The notes beneath the pieces are model-generated. The model did not search any database. It had not been told where the DNA came from and worked only from the letters and a program-made list of their open reading frames with translations. Made by a program: the position numbers and the translations under genes. Positions 23,956 through 38,619 of a stretch of DNA of 64,000 nucleotides are shown piece by piece. Source of the DNA: Mytilus californianus (taxonomy: Eukaryota); the NCBI RefSeq assembly GCF_021869535.1, contig NW_026262582.1, forward strand, positions 5,332,001 through 5,396,000, read 5' to 3'. The first letter of the stretch is position 1. Every line of letters begins with the position of its first letter.

Positions 23956-25860
23956 TTTCAAACCCCCTTGAATAATAATATAAAAGAGTGTTAAGCATAT
24001 TCTTTAACTTTTTTTTCAACAATATTACATACATGTATTTGCATGTTACCAAAATACCAATATACTGTACGTGTAAAACTTTTGAAGGTATTTTGATTCA
24101 AAACTGCCTTTATAGATGCTTGTAAAATTTTGCTTTGAAGTTTGTATCTCACTAAATTTAATTTACTTGTATACAAAAGACCACATATTGCATAACTGTC
24201 AATCAAATGTTGGTTCTGATAAGCATAGTCCTTCTTTTGAATTTTTATAAGAACTCAGAACATGTCAAAAGTTCTGTTTTGGGAATATCTTCAGGCGTAT
24301 AATTCCTGGTCCTGTGTAATGTATTGTTGAAGACAAAAAGTACATATGTATATGTGAAAATAAAAATCAAAGAACATTATTTTTAAAATATTGGTAGTGT
24401 TTATTTCGATATATAGCTTCCTAAATTTAATGACTATTCTTCGACCATCGTTAGACACCTATGTAATTATGTTAACGTACTAGATATAAGAAGATGTGGT
24501 ATCTTCCTTTAACCTGACTTAACATTAAAATGTCATAAGACCATCTTACGACATGTCCTAGCCCTAAGACAGCTATGTTGACATGGCCCCTGGTATCAAG
24601 CTTCCACTTGGAGCAAACGGTAATATTAAAACTGTTAAAGTCATCTTCGCTATTTACATTTCAGTAGGGTGGTTTATTTAAAAGTCTAAAACTTCGATTG
24701 GGAATTAAAACTGTTAATATTAAATTCCAGGATAGAATCACAATCATTTTTTAATTGTCGAAAACTATCAATTGATTTCGTCTTTTCTACCTGTTTATAA
24801 GATAAACAAATACAAACAGATTTTATACTTTTCAACGATGTACCTCTGGTGTATATATGTTCAATATTTTTCTGATTTATTCCACAATTTGTAACTCTAT
24901 ACTTTCAAAACAGGCAGATCATTTTGATTATCACTTAAATATATTGCATATCTGCACAAATAAAAAGTAAAATAGTTGTACTGTGAGGAAACATTAATCT
25001 AACGACACAAACATTGAAAGAAATTTTGAGTTCAAAACAATGTTTACAACTAAATTATTATATTGCCCCTTCTTACGATGTATATGTCCCAACGTATGTG
25101 CTATGTTTCTGTACTTAATGACGTTTACGATTTAAATGAAAGTGATCTATGAATAACTGTTAAATAATAAAATCGGGGATTTCTTTACAATGAATTTCTT
25201 AAAACTTTTTTACAATTCTCTCATAGGTACATGGATTTGGTTTTAAAGTCTGGCTGTGTAGAATCCTAATTTTACGGAAACGTTATTTTTAAGATCAGAA
25301 AATCAAGATACGATTCATGTAAACGCATTGATCGTTTGAATAAACTTATTCCCAAAAGATATCAAGTTAACACTATAGTACATGTAAGATCTTTGAATAT
25401 TCTTTTGTTGGTACTAACAATGATTTTGATTTTGATAAATGAAAACATAACTGAATATGTATTGCTTTCATTTATGAAAACTTATTGCCCTGTATTCTGT
25501 CGATATAATGTACGATATAATGTACTTATATTTTGACATTGCACGAGGTCATACTTTTCTCAGACTGTTTATGACATCTTTACACTAGATCCGTTTGATT
25601 TGTATTAATCTATACTTATGTCTTGGAGACCATTGTATCTTTTTTAGCTGTGATTTGCTCTAAACTAGCTTTCAGTTACTGTGAGTACTCTTAGATCAGT
25701 ACTTTGTTCTTTTTCGTTTTGTAATTTTTTTTTTTTTTTGCTTTACGTCGATCTGGTGAGTCAAGTTATGTCTAACTGCTTATCAGAGTTTGTTCGTTGT
25801 GAGGGTTAAGCGTTCACAAACATGGTTAAGCATATCACATTCTATATGTTCATGTCCCAC

Positions 25861-25956
25861 GTTTAATTCAGTGGTGGTCGCTGGGTTTAATTCAGTGGTG
25901 GTCGCTGGGTTTAATTCAGTGGTGGTCGCTGGGTTTAATTCAGTGGTGGTCGCTGG
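25861..25956. repeat. Perfect 24-bp tandem repeat x4
   Basis: GTTTAATTCAGTGGTGGTCGCTGG x4. Confidence 0.95.
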
Positions 25957-27249
25957 TTGCTGCCTGTTTTGCCTTTCATCTATTGTTTTGTCATCAGTCA
26001 GGTCATTAGTTTTTTTTCGTTTGAATTACTTCACATTTTGTAATGTCAATGCTTTTTATAGCTGACTATACGGTGTGGTTTTTCTCATTGTTGAAGGCCT
26101 TACGGTACTCTATAGTTGCTTAAATACGATTCATTTGTACTTTTTTAAAGATTTTTCTCATTGGAACTCATACCACATCTCTTGTCTTATATATAAGCAT
26201 TTTTATACAATATGCCATGCCATGAATAGAACCATACGCTACAAGATATAGTCCAAAAAACCTTAATTCAGAAATACCCTAACTCTATAATATGGATTTA
26301 ATGAACGGGGCAAACAGAGGTACAAGTAAAACTATGTAAGATTGGGCACATTTTTCTAGCTGTTATTGTTGTGATAATTAGGGAGATGCACTCACAGACT
26401 TAACATAAAAGTGAAAAGTTTCTAGGTGAATAGTCACAGTTTGCAAATCAATAACGTCTATAAAAGTTATGTCTAATTCTAACAATTCTCACCTCACCTA
26501 TGTCAATATAATGGAATTTGATGCGACTGCCATACGAATGAGAGGTTTAGCTAGCTATAAAACCAGGTTTAATTCACCATTTTCTGCATAAGAAAATGCC
26601 TGTACCAAGTCAGGTATATGACAGTTGTTATCCATTCGTATGATGTGTTTGAGCTTTTGATTTTGCCATTTGATTATATACTTTCCTTTTTGAATGTTCA
26701 TCGGAGTTCAGTATTTTTGTGATTTTACTTTTTACTCAACCGTTTGCTACGTTTTTGTTTCTTTAAATTTAACCGTTCGTGGAGTCCGAACTGTTTTTTC
26801 GTGTGTATCGGACATGAAAATCGCAATAGAATAGACACAGTATAACATTGTTAAAGAAGCAAGTTCTGGTAACTTGAAGTATAAACCGACAAGAAAAGAA
26901 TTTAACGGACCAATCACAATCAATTATTTATAGATATGCTAATCATATAAGAAATATTAATGATGATTCTTTATGAAAGACTTTTTTTATTATTGAAAGT
27001 TAGCTGAAAGAACAAAGCTTTGAATATTTCTTTAATTTTCATGGGATAATGGACAATGTATTAGTGTGTCTTCCTTCACATAGTTGCTGTTTCAATTGAA
27101 AAACTAAACAAATGTGAATATGATATAACAGCATAATTAATCAGCCCAAAATTGCAAAGTTGTAAATGTATATATATATATGTAAATGGCTTTAAAGGAA
27201 GTCAACATAATAATATGATAATATGTATAATGTTAAAAAGCAAGTTATG

Positions 27250-28680
27250 GATGGTAACCTCTGCCACGTTCACGTCCACGTCCTTTTGTGTTGCGCGATT
27301 TGGATCTTCCTCTTGTATTAGGCAAGGGAATATCTAAGGCAGTGTGGATTCCAGGTTTCAAGTTTGCCGACAGCTGAGACACTCCAGAGTCCGAGAGGTA
27401 AATTTTATCATCACTTAGTAGTCCTGGGTTTCAATTTCGCAACATATTGCTATGATCAATAAGAAGAACATCTTACTTGTCATCATACATTTGTTTTAAC
27501 ATAGAATTTATAATTTGCCCATTTGTGTTAAAAAGTACACTGTCTAGTAAGAGAGATGATGCAACCAATATTTTGCCCTTTTTTCAAGTGCAAGCTTGAC
27601 ACTATCCTGAATTTCTTCTACACAACGCTGTGGTGATTTTTTTTTCAAATCATTAGTGAGGGAATGAAACACTACCAGATTCGAAATTATATCAGATACA
27701 TCCATACTGTTGTTTAGTTTCTTCTAAAGTGAAAGCAGTAATCTTGTTGGTAGTAAATGATGGTGATAGCTTCTCTGCATTGATACGCTTGGTATTGGAT
27801 GTGCCAATTAAAAGTACTGTTGGGAAATCATCTGAGATCTGAGAGATATATTTTCTTCTTGAAAAATCTCCAAATGTTGTGTATGACGTTTTACAGAATC
27901 ATTAAGTTTGACAATTTCTTTATTTTTGACTTGTAGGCTTAAAGATAGGAAGTCAATCTCAGTGCTTGACAATTTTTTTATTTTTGGCTTGTAGGCTTAA
28001 AGACAGGAAGTCAATCTCAGTGTTTGAAGTAGAAAGTATCCTTTTCATTTCAGCTCTAGTATCCTCAAATATTTGATTATGATATTTGATTTTACCTTCA
28101 TGCTGAGCTTTATTCAACAGGATTTTGCTTTGTTCGTGCTTTAATTTAACTTCCAAAGTCTGTTTTTCTGTTTGTAAGGTTTTATATTTTAGTTGTAATG
28201 TTGGCATCTCATTTTTATCTTTTCTACATTTTCATAAGCCTAGAATATCATCGTAACATTGTTTAACAGCTGTTAATATAATGCTGAAGACTTCATTGTG
28301 ACTGTGTTCTGTTTTAGCATGAGTGTGAACTAAATTTGATTCGACCCTTTGAAAATCATCTTTTTGAGGTTGATCTTCCTGTACTAGTATTGTTTTAACC
28401 CAGTATGGGAGTCAGATAATACACAAGGAACCTTGTTATGGCACAATTCATTAATGTGGGTGTTGTTATTGTCATCATGACAATCATGTGAAATACTGAT
28501 AGGACTGGTTTGTGATATGTTTTCAAGAACTTTATCAAGAATGTCTTTCAGAATTGGAAAATGAACATCCACAAACTCAGAATAATGACTGTCTTTGACT
28601 CTTATTGTTCATGTTGTAACGAATAATGGTCTATGTCCAATAGAAATATAGGGATACATTTCTAAAACAACATTATTGTA
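27250..28680 (-). pseudogene. Decayed LINE ORF1-like frame: coiled coil plus SGNH-hydrolase-like domain plus RG-rich tail
   Basis: Broken minus-strand reading: FVTT*TIRV...EFVDVHFPILKDIL; coiled coil LQLKYKTLQTEKQTLEVKLK; PTVLLIGTSNTKRINAEKLS (block I-like), VVFHSLTNDLK (block III-like), LLSDDKIYLSDSG (block V-like), RGRSKSRNTKGRGRERGRG. Many stops and frameshifts. Confidence 0.65.
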
Positions 28681-28734
28681 GAAAATTGTTCTATCTTCAG
28701 AAAAGCGGATGCTTTATTTATATATATAATGCAC

Positions 28735-28924
28735 GAGGGTCTGGATGAGGGGTCCCTCATTTCTTTATTCTATACCATTCATCTCTATTCTTTATATTAT
28801 TTGCCCCCCATCATTCTCGATTCTCTATTATTTTGCCTATTTTTTTTTTTTTTAATTTATTTTGTCCTTTATTCTGCACTTCTTGCCCATTATTCTCTAA
28901 TCTTAAAACCCCATCCAGAGCCTC
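28735..28924. mobile_element. Short MITE with pyrimidine-rich interior; related degenerate copy at about 35740-35895
   Basis: TIRs GAGGGTCTGGATGAGGGGT / ACCCCATCCAGAGCCTC. Confidence 0.6.
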
Positions 28925-29069
28925 ATATATATCATACATCCTGTAACATTACCATTTAAGTAATTATTTTCGTTTCTTGCATTCTTTTTTAACCTTATAT
29001 TTTAACAAATACTAATCGGAAAGGCAAAAAGGTATTCTACGTGTTTTATTATTTTTTTTTTTGTACTTT

Positions 29070-29215
29070 TTGGTTTATCAGCTCTTCATGTTTATATAAT
29101 TAGGTTGGGATTTTCAAATATTTTGGCCTCGAGCATCACTGACGAGAAATCTAAGTTGTCGACGTGTGCATCTGGTGCATTAAAATTGGTACCGTTATTG
29201 AATTTTGTTATTTTG
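29070..29215 (+). mobile_element. Family-3 hammerhead-bearing repeat (degenerate); second copy about 34841-34885(-)
   Basis: gagcatca CTGACGA ... gtc gacgtgtg CATC tggtgc; the 34841 copy reads CTGAAGA GAT ATTTATT GTC GAAA GGCG CATC. Confidence 0.55.
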
Positions 29216-32200
29216 TCCGTAGCATGTGAACCCTCTAGTGTAGTACATCAAACATGTCAGTCGTGCAATGTATACTGTTATAATGCTGGTTGATTGTTGT
29301 AATTTTGTTATCTTTTATCCTGTTATAGGTTGCACTTCTATAAATACAGACAATGCAATTTCCCATAGGAACTCCTTTTACGGCTAAATCTGTGCTTTTA
29401 CTATGATGTTTCGTAAAAAGTTATATCCTAGAATGGAAAGTTCATATGCACTACTATTATTTTCAAAGATCAAAACATAGGGCTGTGCGGCATATTTTCA
29501 GCATGTATATGCCTGGAACTTCTAAGAGATTAAAGTTTTGCTAAAATTATGTACTACCCCTCCCTTCATTTTGGGTCTTCCTCAGAATTCAATTTAGCCG
29601 TTATCCATGTGTATTCATACTTGTTACATTTCCAAGTTAATTCTCTATGATATGAAACATAGAGATCATATATGGGAACCAGTACGTAAACAAAACAAAA
29701 TATCTGTGATTATTATATATCTCCCCAAAAGAGGCGTGGTTTGTGAAACAGCTGTGTTTACAAAGGGCAACCTATACTAACATTTATTCAAATAGAAAAA
29801 TCTTGAAAACACTTCCTATCACAACAATACTTCTTTATTAAAATCATAGAATAAAAGAATTCACTGCATGCACTCTAACTTTATTTTACAGTACATTTAA
29901 TACCCCCACCCCTGTTTCAATTTTTAAACAATTTTTAAAGAATTTGAAAACAAAGCTTTAATTGCCAGTTTACCCTATGTGCATGTTTTCTGACATGAAA
30001 TGCCTAAAGCCTGTATGAAACTACTCAGATAACAAATTGAAAGCATTTCAGAATACTATAAATGTAAAGTTTAATAGTTAATCATTCCAACATTCAAGAG
30101 TATATAAGGTATCCTATCCTGCCTATGTCTCCTGTCCAAATCTTACTGTATGCCCATTTATCTATAAAAATTCATAATTTCTGCCTCAAATGGTCAGTTT
30201 AAAACTCTTGTCACAATAATATCATCCCTAAACATATGTTTTACACAATTTGGCTAATATATGAACTAAAAGTATTAACACAAAGCCATGTTTGAAAAAG
30301 TTGTATGAATGAAGTTATCAGTTTGGTATATAAACTCATTAAAAGTTGTATAGAACTGACTGCTAAAATTTGGTTTTTGTTTGCATAACTTCAAAGTAAG
30401 GTTATTGTTTTCTATATACAAAAGACCTTTATAATGATAAAATCATTGCCTTTACAGATTAAATTATCGGTTTCATAACCAAGGGGTTGGGGATTTTTCT
30501 CTTTTTTTTTGCCACTGGGGCCTCAAATTTGCTATTTAATTCTGCTGTTTCTGTGAATATGGAATATTTACATGTAGTACATTTTTAGGATAGAAAACAC
30601 TATTGTTAGTTTTATTGAGGTATTTTTGTCTCTCTAGCTTGTATTTTTTTTATGCCGCGATCACAAGAAAGCACATTAAGGGGTTACGGCTTACTTATTG
30701 GTTTTCAACACCCCAACAACAATATTCATCAATGGTCTATCAGTTTCAATGACTGCGAAGTGTAAATATAAACAACTTAAATTACATATATGTATATATT
30801 ATGAATTTAATTTGTATACAGGGCTTGAGTTAAACTATGCATACTGCAAAATGTGAATATAAGCTGAGTCATCATAGTTACGGCCTAGGATTTTCTCAAT
30901 CTTCATGAAATATTTATAAAACTTTTATTTGAGTTAATTTCTTTAAAATCTCTTAAGATAAACCAGATTTGGTGAAATTTTACAGGTTATCTTTTTTCAT
31001 CCAATATAGACGAAGTGTTAGGTGCAATTGCTATGTAATTCGAATAATAATTCTAGACAAATCTTCCGTGACTACTCTATAATAATTTTACACGTACATG
31101 ATGATCAATAAATATTTGTTCAAACTTGTGTTATTGTATTGCTGGACTTGTCATTCACATCTTTCCGATTATTCTCTATTAACGTCTAAATATCTGCTTA
31201 TCAATAAGTAGGAATATATTAGATAACATATTTATGATTGAAGGATGTTTTTCTAATTTGAACACCAACTCTTAAAATATATATATGAATAATATCCTGA
31301 GGTACATGTAGTTTTGTCCTACTTTTAACTGTAACACCTATGGTTTAAAAGTAGGAAAAAACGTATGTTATTTATTCAAAATATACTCAATAACAAAAGA
31401 AACGCACAATCTCCATAAATTTCTTAGGAGTAGAAATTTCTATAGCAGATACTTGTTTTTGTATTTTGATTAAAATGAGTCAAACTTTCAAACAAAATTT
31501 TTTAAACAAAGTCATTAACACAAGGTTTGGTGAAAATGAGTATTTTTTTTTAATTTTTGACATCTCATAAAACCATATTTTTAACAAAACAAAAAAAAGA
31601 CTTCTGATTTTTGACTTTTGTGGTCGAAATTTTCATTTTCACATTTAAAATAAAAATTTCTCTTTAAATTCTGCATAATATAACTGCGAGGTTATGCTTA
31701 AAATATACTAAATTGCTTCACACTTTTAACAAAAACAAGTAATGGTGAAACTACTTTATTTGGTGAGATGTGGTGCTTTCTTTATTATGTTGTTTAGTAT
31801 AGTGTTCCTCGGTACAATGTGAATATATTTATCATACACATTATGTGTAACATCCTGTAACATTACAGTGTAAGTATTGTTATCATTTTTTTTTTTTTTG
31901 CATTTTATTTTAACCTATTATTATTTTAGAAAATGCTAATCACAAAGACAAAAACGTTTCTCACAAATGCATATCATTATGATTTCTAGAATTATAAATC
32001 AAACATTACCGGTATCAATATGACAGTGTTATACGGTATAATATAAAATAGGGGATGTGGTATGATTGCCAATGAGACAACTAGCTATCAGAGTTCAAAT
32101 GACGTGAATTTAAGCAATAATCGGTCACCGTATGGCCTTCAACAATGATTCAAATCGATTTAGTATAGTCAGTTATAAAAGACCCCGACATGACAAAATG

Positions 32201-33699
32201 TAAAACAATTAAGGCTCATGTATTAAGATGGGCCCACTCAAAATATGGTAGGGTTAAAATGTTTGTGAGAGGTCAGCTGCTATACCGATTATAATTTTTT
32301 TGTGAACTTGTAATTTTGTTATCTATTATCCGGTAACATACGGTTTTGTCATGTTTGAGTCTTTCACACTAACTGCTAGGTATATAGCTTTTAAATTGTT
32401 TGGCGGGAATGCATAGAATGAGCGGTTTGTCACAAAGTCTCACTTCATTCGAAGTTTGTCTGCTTCCAAATAGTTTTTACTCCCATGTTTTTGTCTCTCT
32501 GTTTTATGTTAGGACTTATGACATATATACTGTAAATCGGTAAACTTTCTTTATAATTAAGTTTTATGTATTTTTTATCAAGAGAAGTAGGTTTGGAACA
32601 TTGAAATAAGTCTTGCTGGAGATGTAAACCTTCCATGCCATAACATATGTACGTAGAATTACAAATGGGATTTCTATATTTTGAATGCAATCGTCTTTAG
32701 CTTTTTAAGTAGTGTTTTGTAGATTTTTGTCTATCATTTCGTCGGTTTTCGTTTTCGACTAACGAGTGTTGGTTCTCCCTTCCTCCCTCTGGTATCTGCC
32801 GCCTCTTTTTAACGTCAAACACATACAATTTATGAAACTGCCTAGCACACAGACTAAAACATAAATAATACTCTATTATTCTATTTTCAATGCTACATTT
32901 TACTTAAATTACTTGCTACAAAAAAAAAAGGAAGTGAATTGATTTATAACACAAGTATCTCTCTACACGCACTTGACTCCGGTATTTTTCAATTATATCT
33001 GACAAGAAGTACTTATACTCTTAACATTCCGTATTATCTGGGATACTTTGGAAGTACAACCATAATATCATAAGGTAATTGTTAAAATATGTGAATCGAT
33101 GATAATTTTTTCATTTCTTTCGCTCCAATGTTTTTGGTTCTTTGCATTCCTGACGAAGGTCAACTCAGAAGAGTGCATCGAGTTCGACCATAACAATACG
33201 CTTCATTTTGCTCATGTTTATATTTAAATTTAAAAAAATATTTACAATGCAGATGAAATACAAATATTTATACAAAATCTATAATAGTGCAGATTGATAT
33301 TAAAACGAATTTTTGTTCTTCAGGTTAGTTTGGTTGTTTCTTATAAACGCAATTATCACAGTATCTATTTTGACGATTTTATGATTTGCTGTATTTTTTA
33401 GCGTTGAAAAATTGTTTGAAAATTAAACTTTACGGTGATGTTGTTTATAAAGCACGAAACTGTTAAACGATCCATGTTCACTCTTAGACTCTCTGAATAA
33501 ACTTATTCTTTGTTTGGGTTATCAATATTTATCATCGTAGTTTATGCAAATGTCACATTGAACATGTTTAATGACTATTATATTATATGGGGAGAAATAA
33601 TGACACAGTGAACTAATTGATAGCAATACACATAATTTAGTATTACTTGGTCTAACAATCAACCTCCCAAATGCGAAAGTTGATTATTAATAGATTAAT

Positions 33700-33875
33700 A
33701 AGTAATAGTTTGGTCTAATAAATTAAATGTAAGTAATAGATTGATCTAATAAATTAAATGTAAGTAATAGTGTGGTCTAACAAATTAAATGTAAGTAATA
33801 GAATGATTTAATAAATTAAATGTAAGTAATAGTTTGGTCTAATAAATTAAATGTAAGTAATAGTTTGGTCTAATA
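33700..33875. repeat. 31-bp tandem repeat, about 5.5 copies
   Basis: TAATAAATTAAATGTAAGTAATAGTTTGGTC; variation confined to the last 7 nt. Confidence 0.9.
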
Positions 33876-36589
33876 ATGTATCATAATAAGAAATAATTAT
33901 ATTTTGAAAACAAATTATTAATGTACAGAATAAAACAAAGGCCAAGCATCTATTTTGTGTTTGAAATACCTTGAAATGATGTAAAACTTTAGTAAATGCT
34001 GAATCTAAATCATAATAACCATAATGTGAAATTCTGTAATCTTATATTTTTCATATATTATATAATAATCCTACAGGTATATGTTTTTTTTCAAGACATA
34101 TTTTTTAAGATACCGATTTGTTTTATCTTTCTTTTCCTCATATGCAAAACCAGTCCACAGAAGACTGCATAAGGGAGGCATATTTTACAACAACAACAAA
34201 ATATCATACAATACATAAGAAGGCAGTAAACTACAATGCAGTGTGATCATGATATTATAATTAGCAACATAATAAATTTTACATTTGTTAAACTAAAATC
34301 ATATTTTTCTACCTTTTGAATACAATAACGGAGTGCTATAAATTCTGAATATTACCTACATTCGGGTACATGCGCTCGTGAAAGTTGGCAAAAAAATACT
34401 GAGAGACGATTCGTCAATTTTTACTTGTTTAACGACCAGTAGCAAATGTTTGATGCATATTAATGATAAGAATTTATATAGAAATATATAAACAAATGCA
34501 AAAAGCATAATAATAAACATGAAAAATAGAAAAAAAAGCATTATATATGAAAAAAGATCACAAATGCATGGAAAAAAGAAATAAGAATAGGAACAAAACT
34601 AAAATGACACAACGAAAGATGAAAAAAACACTGAAAATGAACTAAATTAAACAAAACACCAAAGAAATGAAAAAAAAAACAAATAAAAAAAAATCGAAAA
34701 ACCGCAAAATCATTATAATTTTATCATCAAGTCCTCTTCATTTTGAGCAATGAAGTATTGTTAGTTAATTCAATCCAATATTTAATTAAAAAGAACAGAT
34801 GAAATTGGAATTAGGAATAATATAAATGATATCAATTTTTCTGCATCAGATCGATGCGCCTTTCGACAATAAATATCTCTTCAGAAAACTGACTGTTTGA
34901 CCAATATAAAACTAAGGAGAGGTGGTATGATTGCTAATGAGAAAATTATCCATAAAAATCTAAATGACGCGGATGTAACCAACTATATTGCATCCTACTG
35001 CTTTCAACAATGATCAAAGTCCAAACCGTACAGTCAGCTATAAAAGGCCTCCAGCTGACAAAATGTGAATCCATTCAAACTAAAAAAAAAAGAAAAAAAA
35101 AAAAAAAAAAAAAAACAGCCGCCTGATTTATGACAATGCAATTAGCGAAAGCTAAATATGACAGGCAGCAACCAAAAATAACCACTGAATAATAGGCACT
35201 TTATTTGTGACAGGCACATACAGAATGTGGCGGTGTTAAACTTGTGTGTGAGAACTCAACCCTCCCCTTACCTGTCACTCAAAAACAAGAAGCTGTGGTA
35301 TGATTGCCAATCAAAAATTTATCCATCAGCGACAAAATGACGTAGAAGTTAACAACTATAGGCCATCGTACGGCCTTCAACAATGAACAAAACCCATACA
35401 AAATAGTAAGCTTTCTTTTAAAGTACCAGAGATGGCAAATATAAAACAATTAAAACGAGAAAACTAACGGTCTGATTTATGTACAAAACAATAAACTAAA
35501 AACAAATATGACAGTCTACATAAGTAAATCCTTTTTAGGAAGGATAATATGATAAGTACCATATCATACTATCCTAATGTACCAGTTTTTACGTGAACAT
35601 AAAATGTTTAAGAATTGACCGACTTATTTTCATCGTTAACATGTTTATTAATCATTGCATTGTCAGATCAAATCATACAGATAATCACTATATGATACAT
35701 CTGATAAGGAAACTGTATACTTTTCTGTTTGTATATATTCAAGAGGGTAGTAAAAAGGGGGGGGGGGGGTCATTTTCTCTATTCTTTATTTTTGCTGGTT
35801 TATTTTTCACAATTTTATATTTTTGGCCCATTTTTCTCTATTTCTTATTTTTTTGTCCATTATTCGGTATTCTGTCAACCCGTTCCCGACACTAATACAA
35901 TGTCATGATAATGTGTGATATGAGAATAAATGACAATTTAAATGTTTTGAGGCATCTTTTTAGGAGAAGATTTATATAAACATGATAAAATAACTGCAGA
36001 AGCATCATGCACGTAAACTTGTGACATATAGTTATTATAGATACATCTCGTATTTATTTGATTTCGTAAGGGATTACGTTGTTTTAAGTTGTCTCAGTTG
36101 AGTTGCATTCTTTTTATATAAAAGATTACTTTTATCATGTTGTCGCTTCGATAATGTATTACATGTAAAATTTTAAGACAATGTGAGTCGTTTTGATTTT
36201 TTCATACTAGCACTATGAGTACGTAATTGAAGATATTTTGTCAAATACATGTAGCGATTAGAGAATTTCTTCTACTTAACAAATTTCCCATCGGTGCTGA
36301 AACATATTGAAAAACAAAAAACAGATTAAGTAACCAATCATCTTTCAAATCATATACCTTCGAATTCCGTTTAAGAATTGATTACAGGGAATATCATATT
36401 TGATAAATATAGATTTTACTACTGTATCGAGTGTGGTACGATAGTTTTCCATTCGAGACACTTATTTTTTTCTAAATTAAAAACGTAAGACTTGCAGAGA
36501 GTTTTAAAATCCTATGTCCAGCTATCGGTACGGCAAAAACAATCGGATCCTCCGATTGGAATTAAAAGAATTGTTTTGAGTATCGTGTA

Positions 36590-36672
36590 CGTCAACTACC
36601 CTTGGCTGTTTTCGTCCTGAACGTGCATGTAATATTTGCCCCTGAACATTAAGCAACCAACAATCAATCATC
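36590..36672 (+). mobile_element. SINE-like 3' tail fragment
   Basis: AATATTTGCCCCTGAACATTAAGCAACCAACAATCAATCA resembles the (ATCA)n-tailed 3' ends of mollusc SINEs (recalled, not searched). Confidence 0.4.
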
Positions 36673-37152
36673 TTGGCCGATTTGACGTGTTGTTTTCATT
36701 TTTTACACACTTTTAACACTGGCTGTTTCCCTTTTGTCAATTGTTGATTGGTTCTATACCGGACAAAATCGGCTGCTGTCAATACAAAGCATGATAAGTT
36801 GAAAGTGATATATTGGCGTTTTAAACAATTTTTAATCAAAGATAACATTGGTATCAAAAGTGTTTTGCTTAACAACAGATTTCATGTGAATGAAAAGATT
36901 TGAAAGACTTCAAGATTACACACATTACACACATTACGCATGTTCTGCACAGGTACAATTTAGGTATTTCCGCTAGCTGTACATTGGCAATGTAAATGTA
37001 TGCCTGACCAAAGGGAGACAACTGAAAAAAATGGATCTCTAATCAAATGGTCACGGAATTGTCAAATAGACTATTAGAGAAGTTTAGCTTCGGTATTCAA
37101 CACACAGGTGTGTCAAACTAAGCTAGGCAACCGGTATTAGAAAGATAAGTAA

Positions 37153-37460
37153 GATAAAATTGAGAATGGAAATGAGGAATGTGTAAAAGAGACAACAACC
37201 CGACCATAGAACAGACAACAGCAGAAGGTCACCAACAGGTCTTCAATGCAGCGAGAAATTCCCGCACCCGGAGATGTCCTTCAGCTGGCCCCTAAACAAA
37301 TATATATACTAGTTCAGTGATAATGAACGCCATACTAAACTCCAAATTGTACACAAGAAACTAAAATTAAAAATAATACAAGACTAACAAAGGCTAGAGG
37401 CTCCTGACTTGGGACAGGCGCAAAAATGCGGCCGGGTTAAACATGTTTATGAGATCTCAA
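37153..37460 (+). mobile_element. Related GC-richer interspersed repeat; inverted partial copy at 20567-20734
   Basis: GATAAAATTGAGAATGGAAATG...CTTCAATGCAGCGAGAAATTCCCGCACCCGGAG..CTTCAGCTGGCCCCTAAAC matches the reverse complement of 20567-20734. Confidence 0.75.
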
Positions 37461-38619
37461 GACCCATTTCGACTATTGTTAACAGGCATGCCGTTGGCTA
37501 TCAAAAAATAACAGCAACTTGCGTCACCATTTTCGTTTCACGAGCTGGTTCCCTATAGATAAATGAGTTGACGAAATTAAATTTGTAAATATCTTTTCAC
37601 AAAATTGCATGACAATAAGAAAAAGACAATAAATGTCAACCAGCAATATGACTTATTGCAATTGTTTCGTAATTTAGTGACCATTTTTTTTTATTAATGT
37701 GTACTTAATTTTACAGTTTTCAGTTACGTTAACATTTTGTAAATGATTTATTATAGCAGTTCAGAATCAAGAGTCTCACCGCTCTACCGGTTAAAAGAAA
37801 ATTCCTCTCAATTTCAAGTCATTATGTTAACAAAAGAAAAGCGTTAAAAACGAAGTCTGTTAAGAAAGGTTCTGTATCAATGTCCTTTAAGATTTGGCGA
37901 TAATGGCACGTCTCAAACTCCGAAACAGTGGTGACGTTGATATCATTCAATCCTCATGTATTTGATTAACATAAACAACTATTAAAGAAGATTTGATTAT
38001 TTGCTATGTCAATACAGAAATGTATGGTTACCGGATAAGGCCATTTTGCGTTTTCGCCCTGTGGCATATTTTCGGATAACTTGAAAATATGTATTGAAAT
38101 ATTATGTGTATTTGGTAATTTTTTGTTTAAGGTTTAACGTGTGTAAGTGAAAATTTATCTATTTATGTGAGGCCAGATTTAGTTCTATTTAGTATAAAGA
38201 TAAAGATATGTGGTAAGATTGCCAATGAGACAACTATCCACCAAAGTTCAAATGAAGTGGATGTGAGCAATTATAGGCAACCGTACGGCCTTCAACAATG
38301 AGAACAACACCCACACCATACAGTCGGCTATAAAAGGTTCCTTTTGATAATATAGCTCCTAACATTTTACATTCATGGCTTTCAAATGTTTAAAGTTAAG
38401 CGTTTCTGGTGAAAGTTCATCCAGAAAACGCTTCGAACACACAAAATTTATCAAATGTTATTTTTAGTTACTAGTAATACATGTAAAATGCAACATTGTT
38501 TTAGGTTTTAAAGTAAAAATTTAAATGATCATGTTAATTTTATTTTCAGAACAGAAATGTAGGTTGATTCCATACAGTCTTTAAAATGTGTATATCCTTG
38601 ATATTCGAATACACGATAA

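Noticed and set aside
25790-26065. ORF with GFNSVVVA repeats
   Set aside because: By-product of a 24-bp expansion inside a non-coding repeat.
36880-37110. Candidate upstream GPCR exon
   Set aside because: Possible donors exist, but no phase-compatible ATG exon better than 38620-38682 was found, and a non-coding exon cannot be supported from sequence alone.
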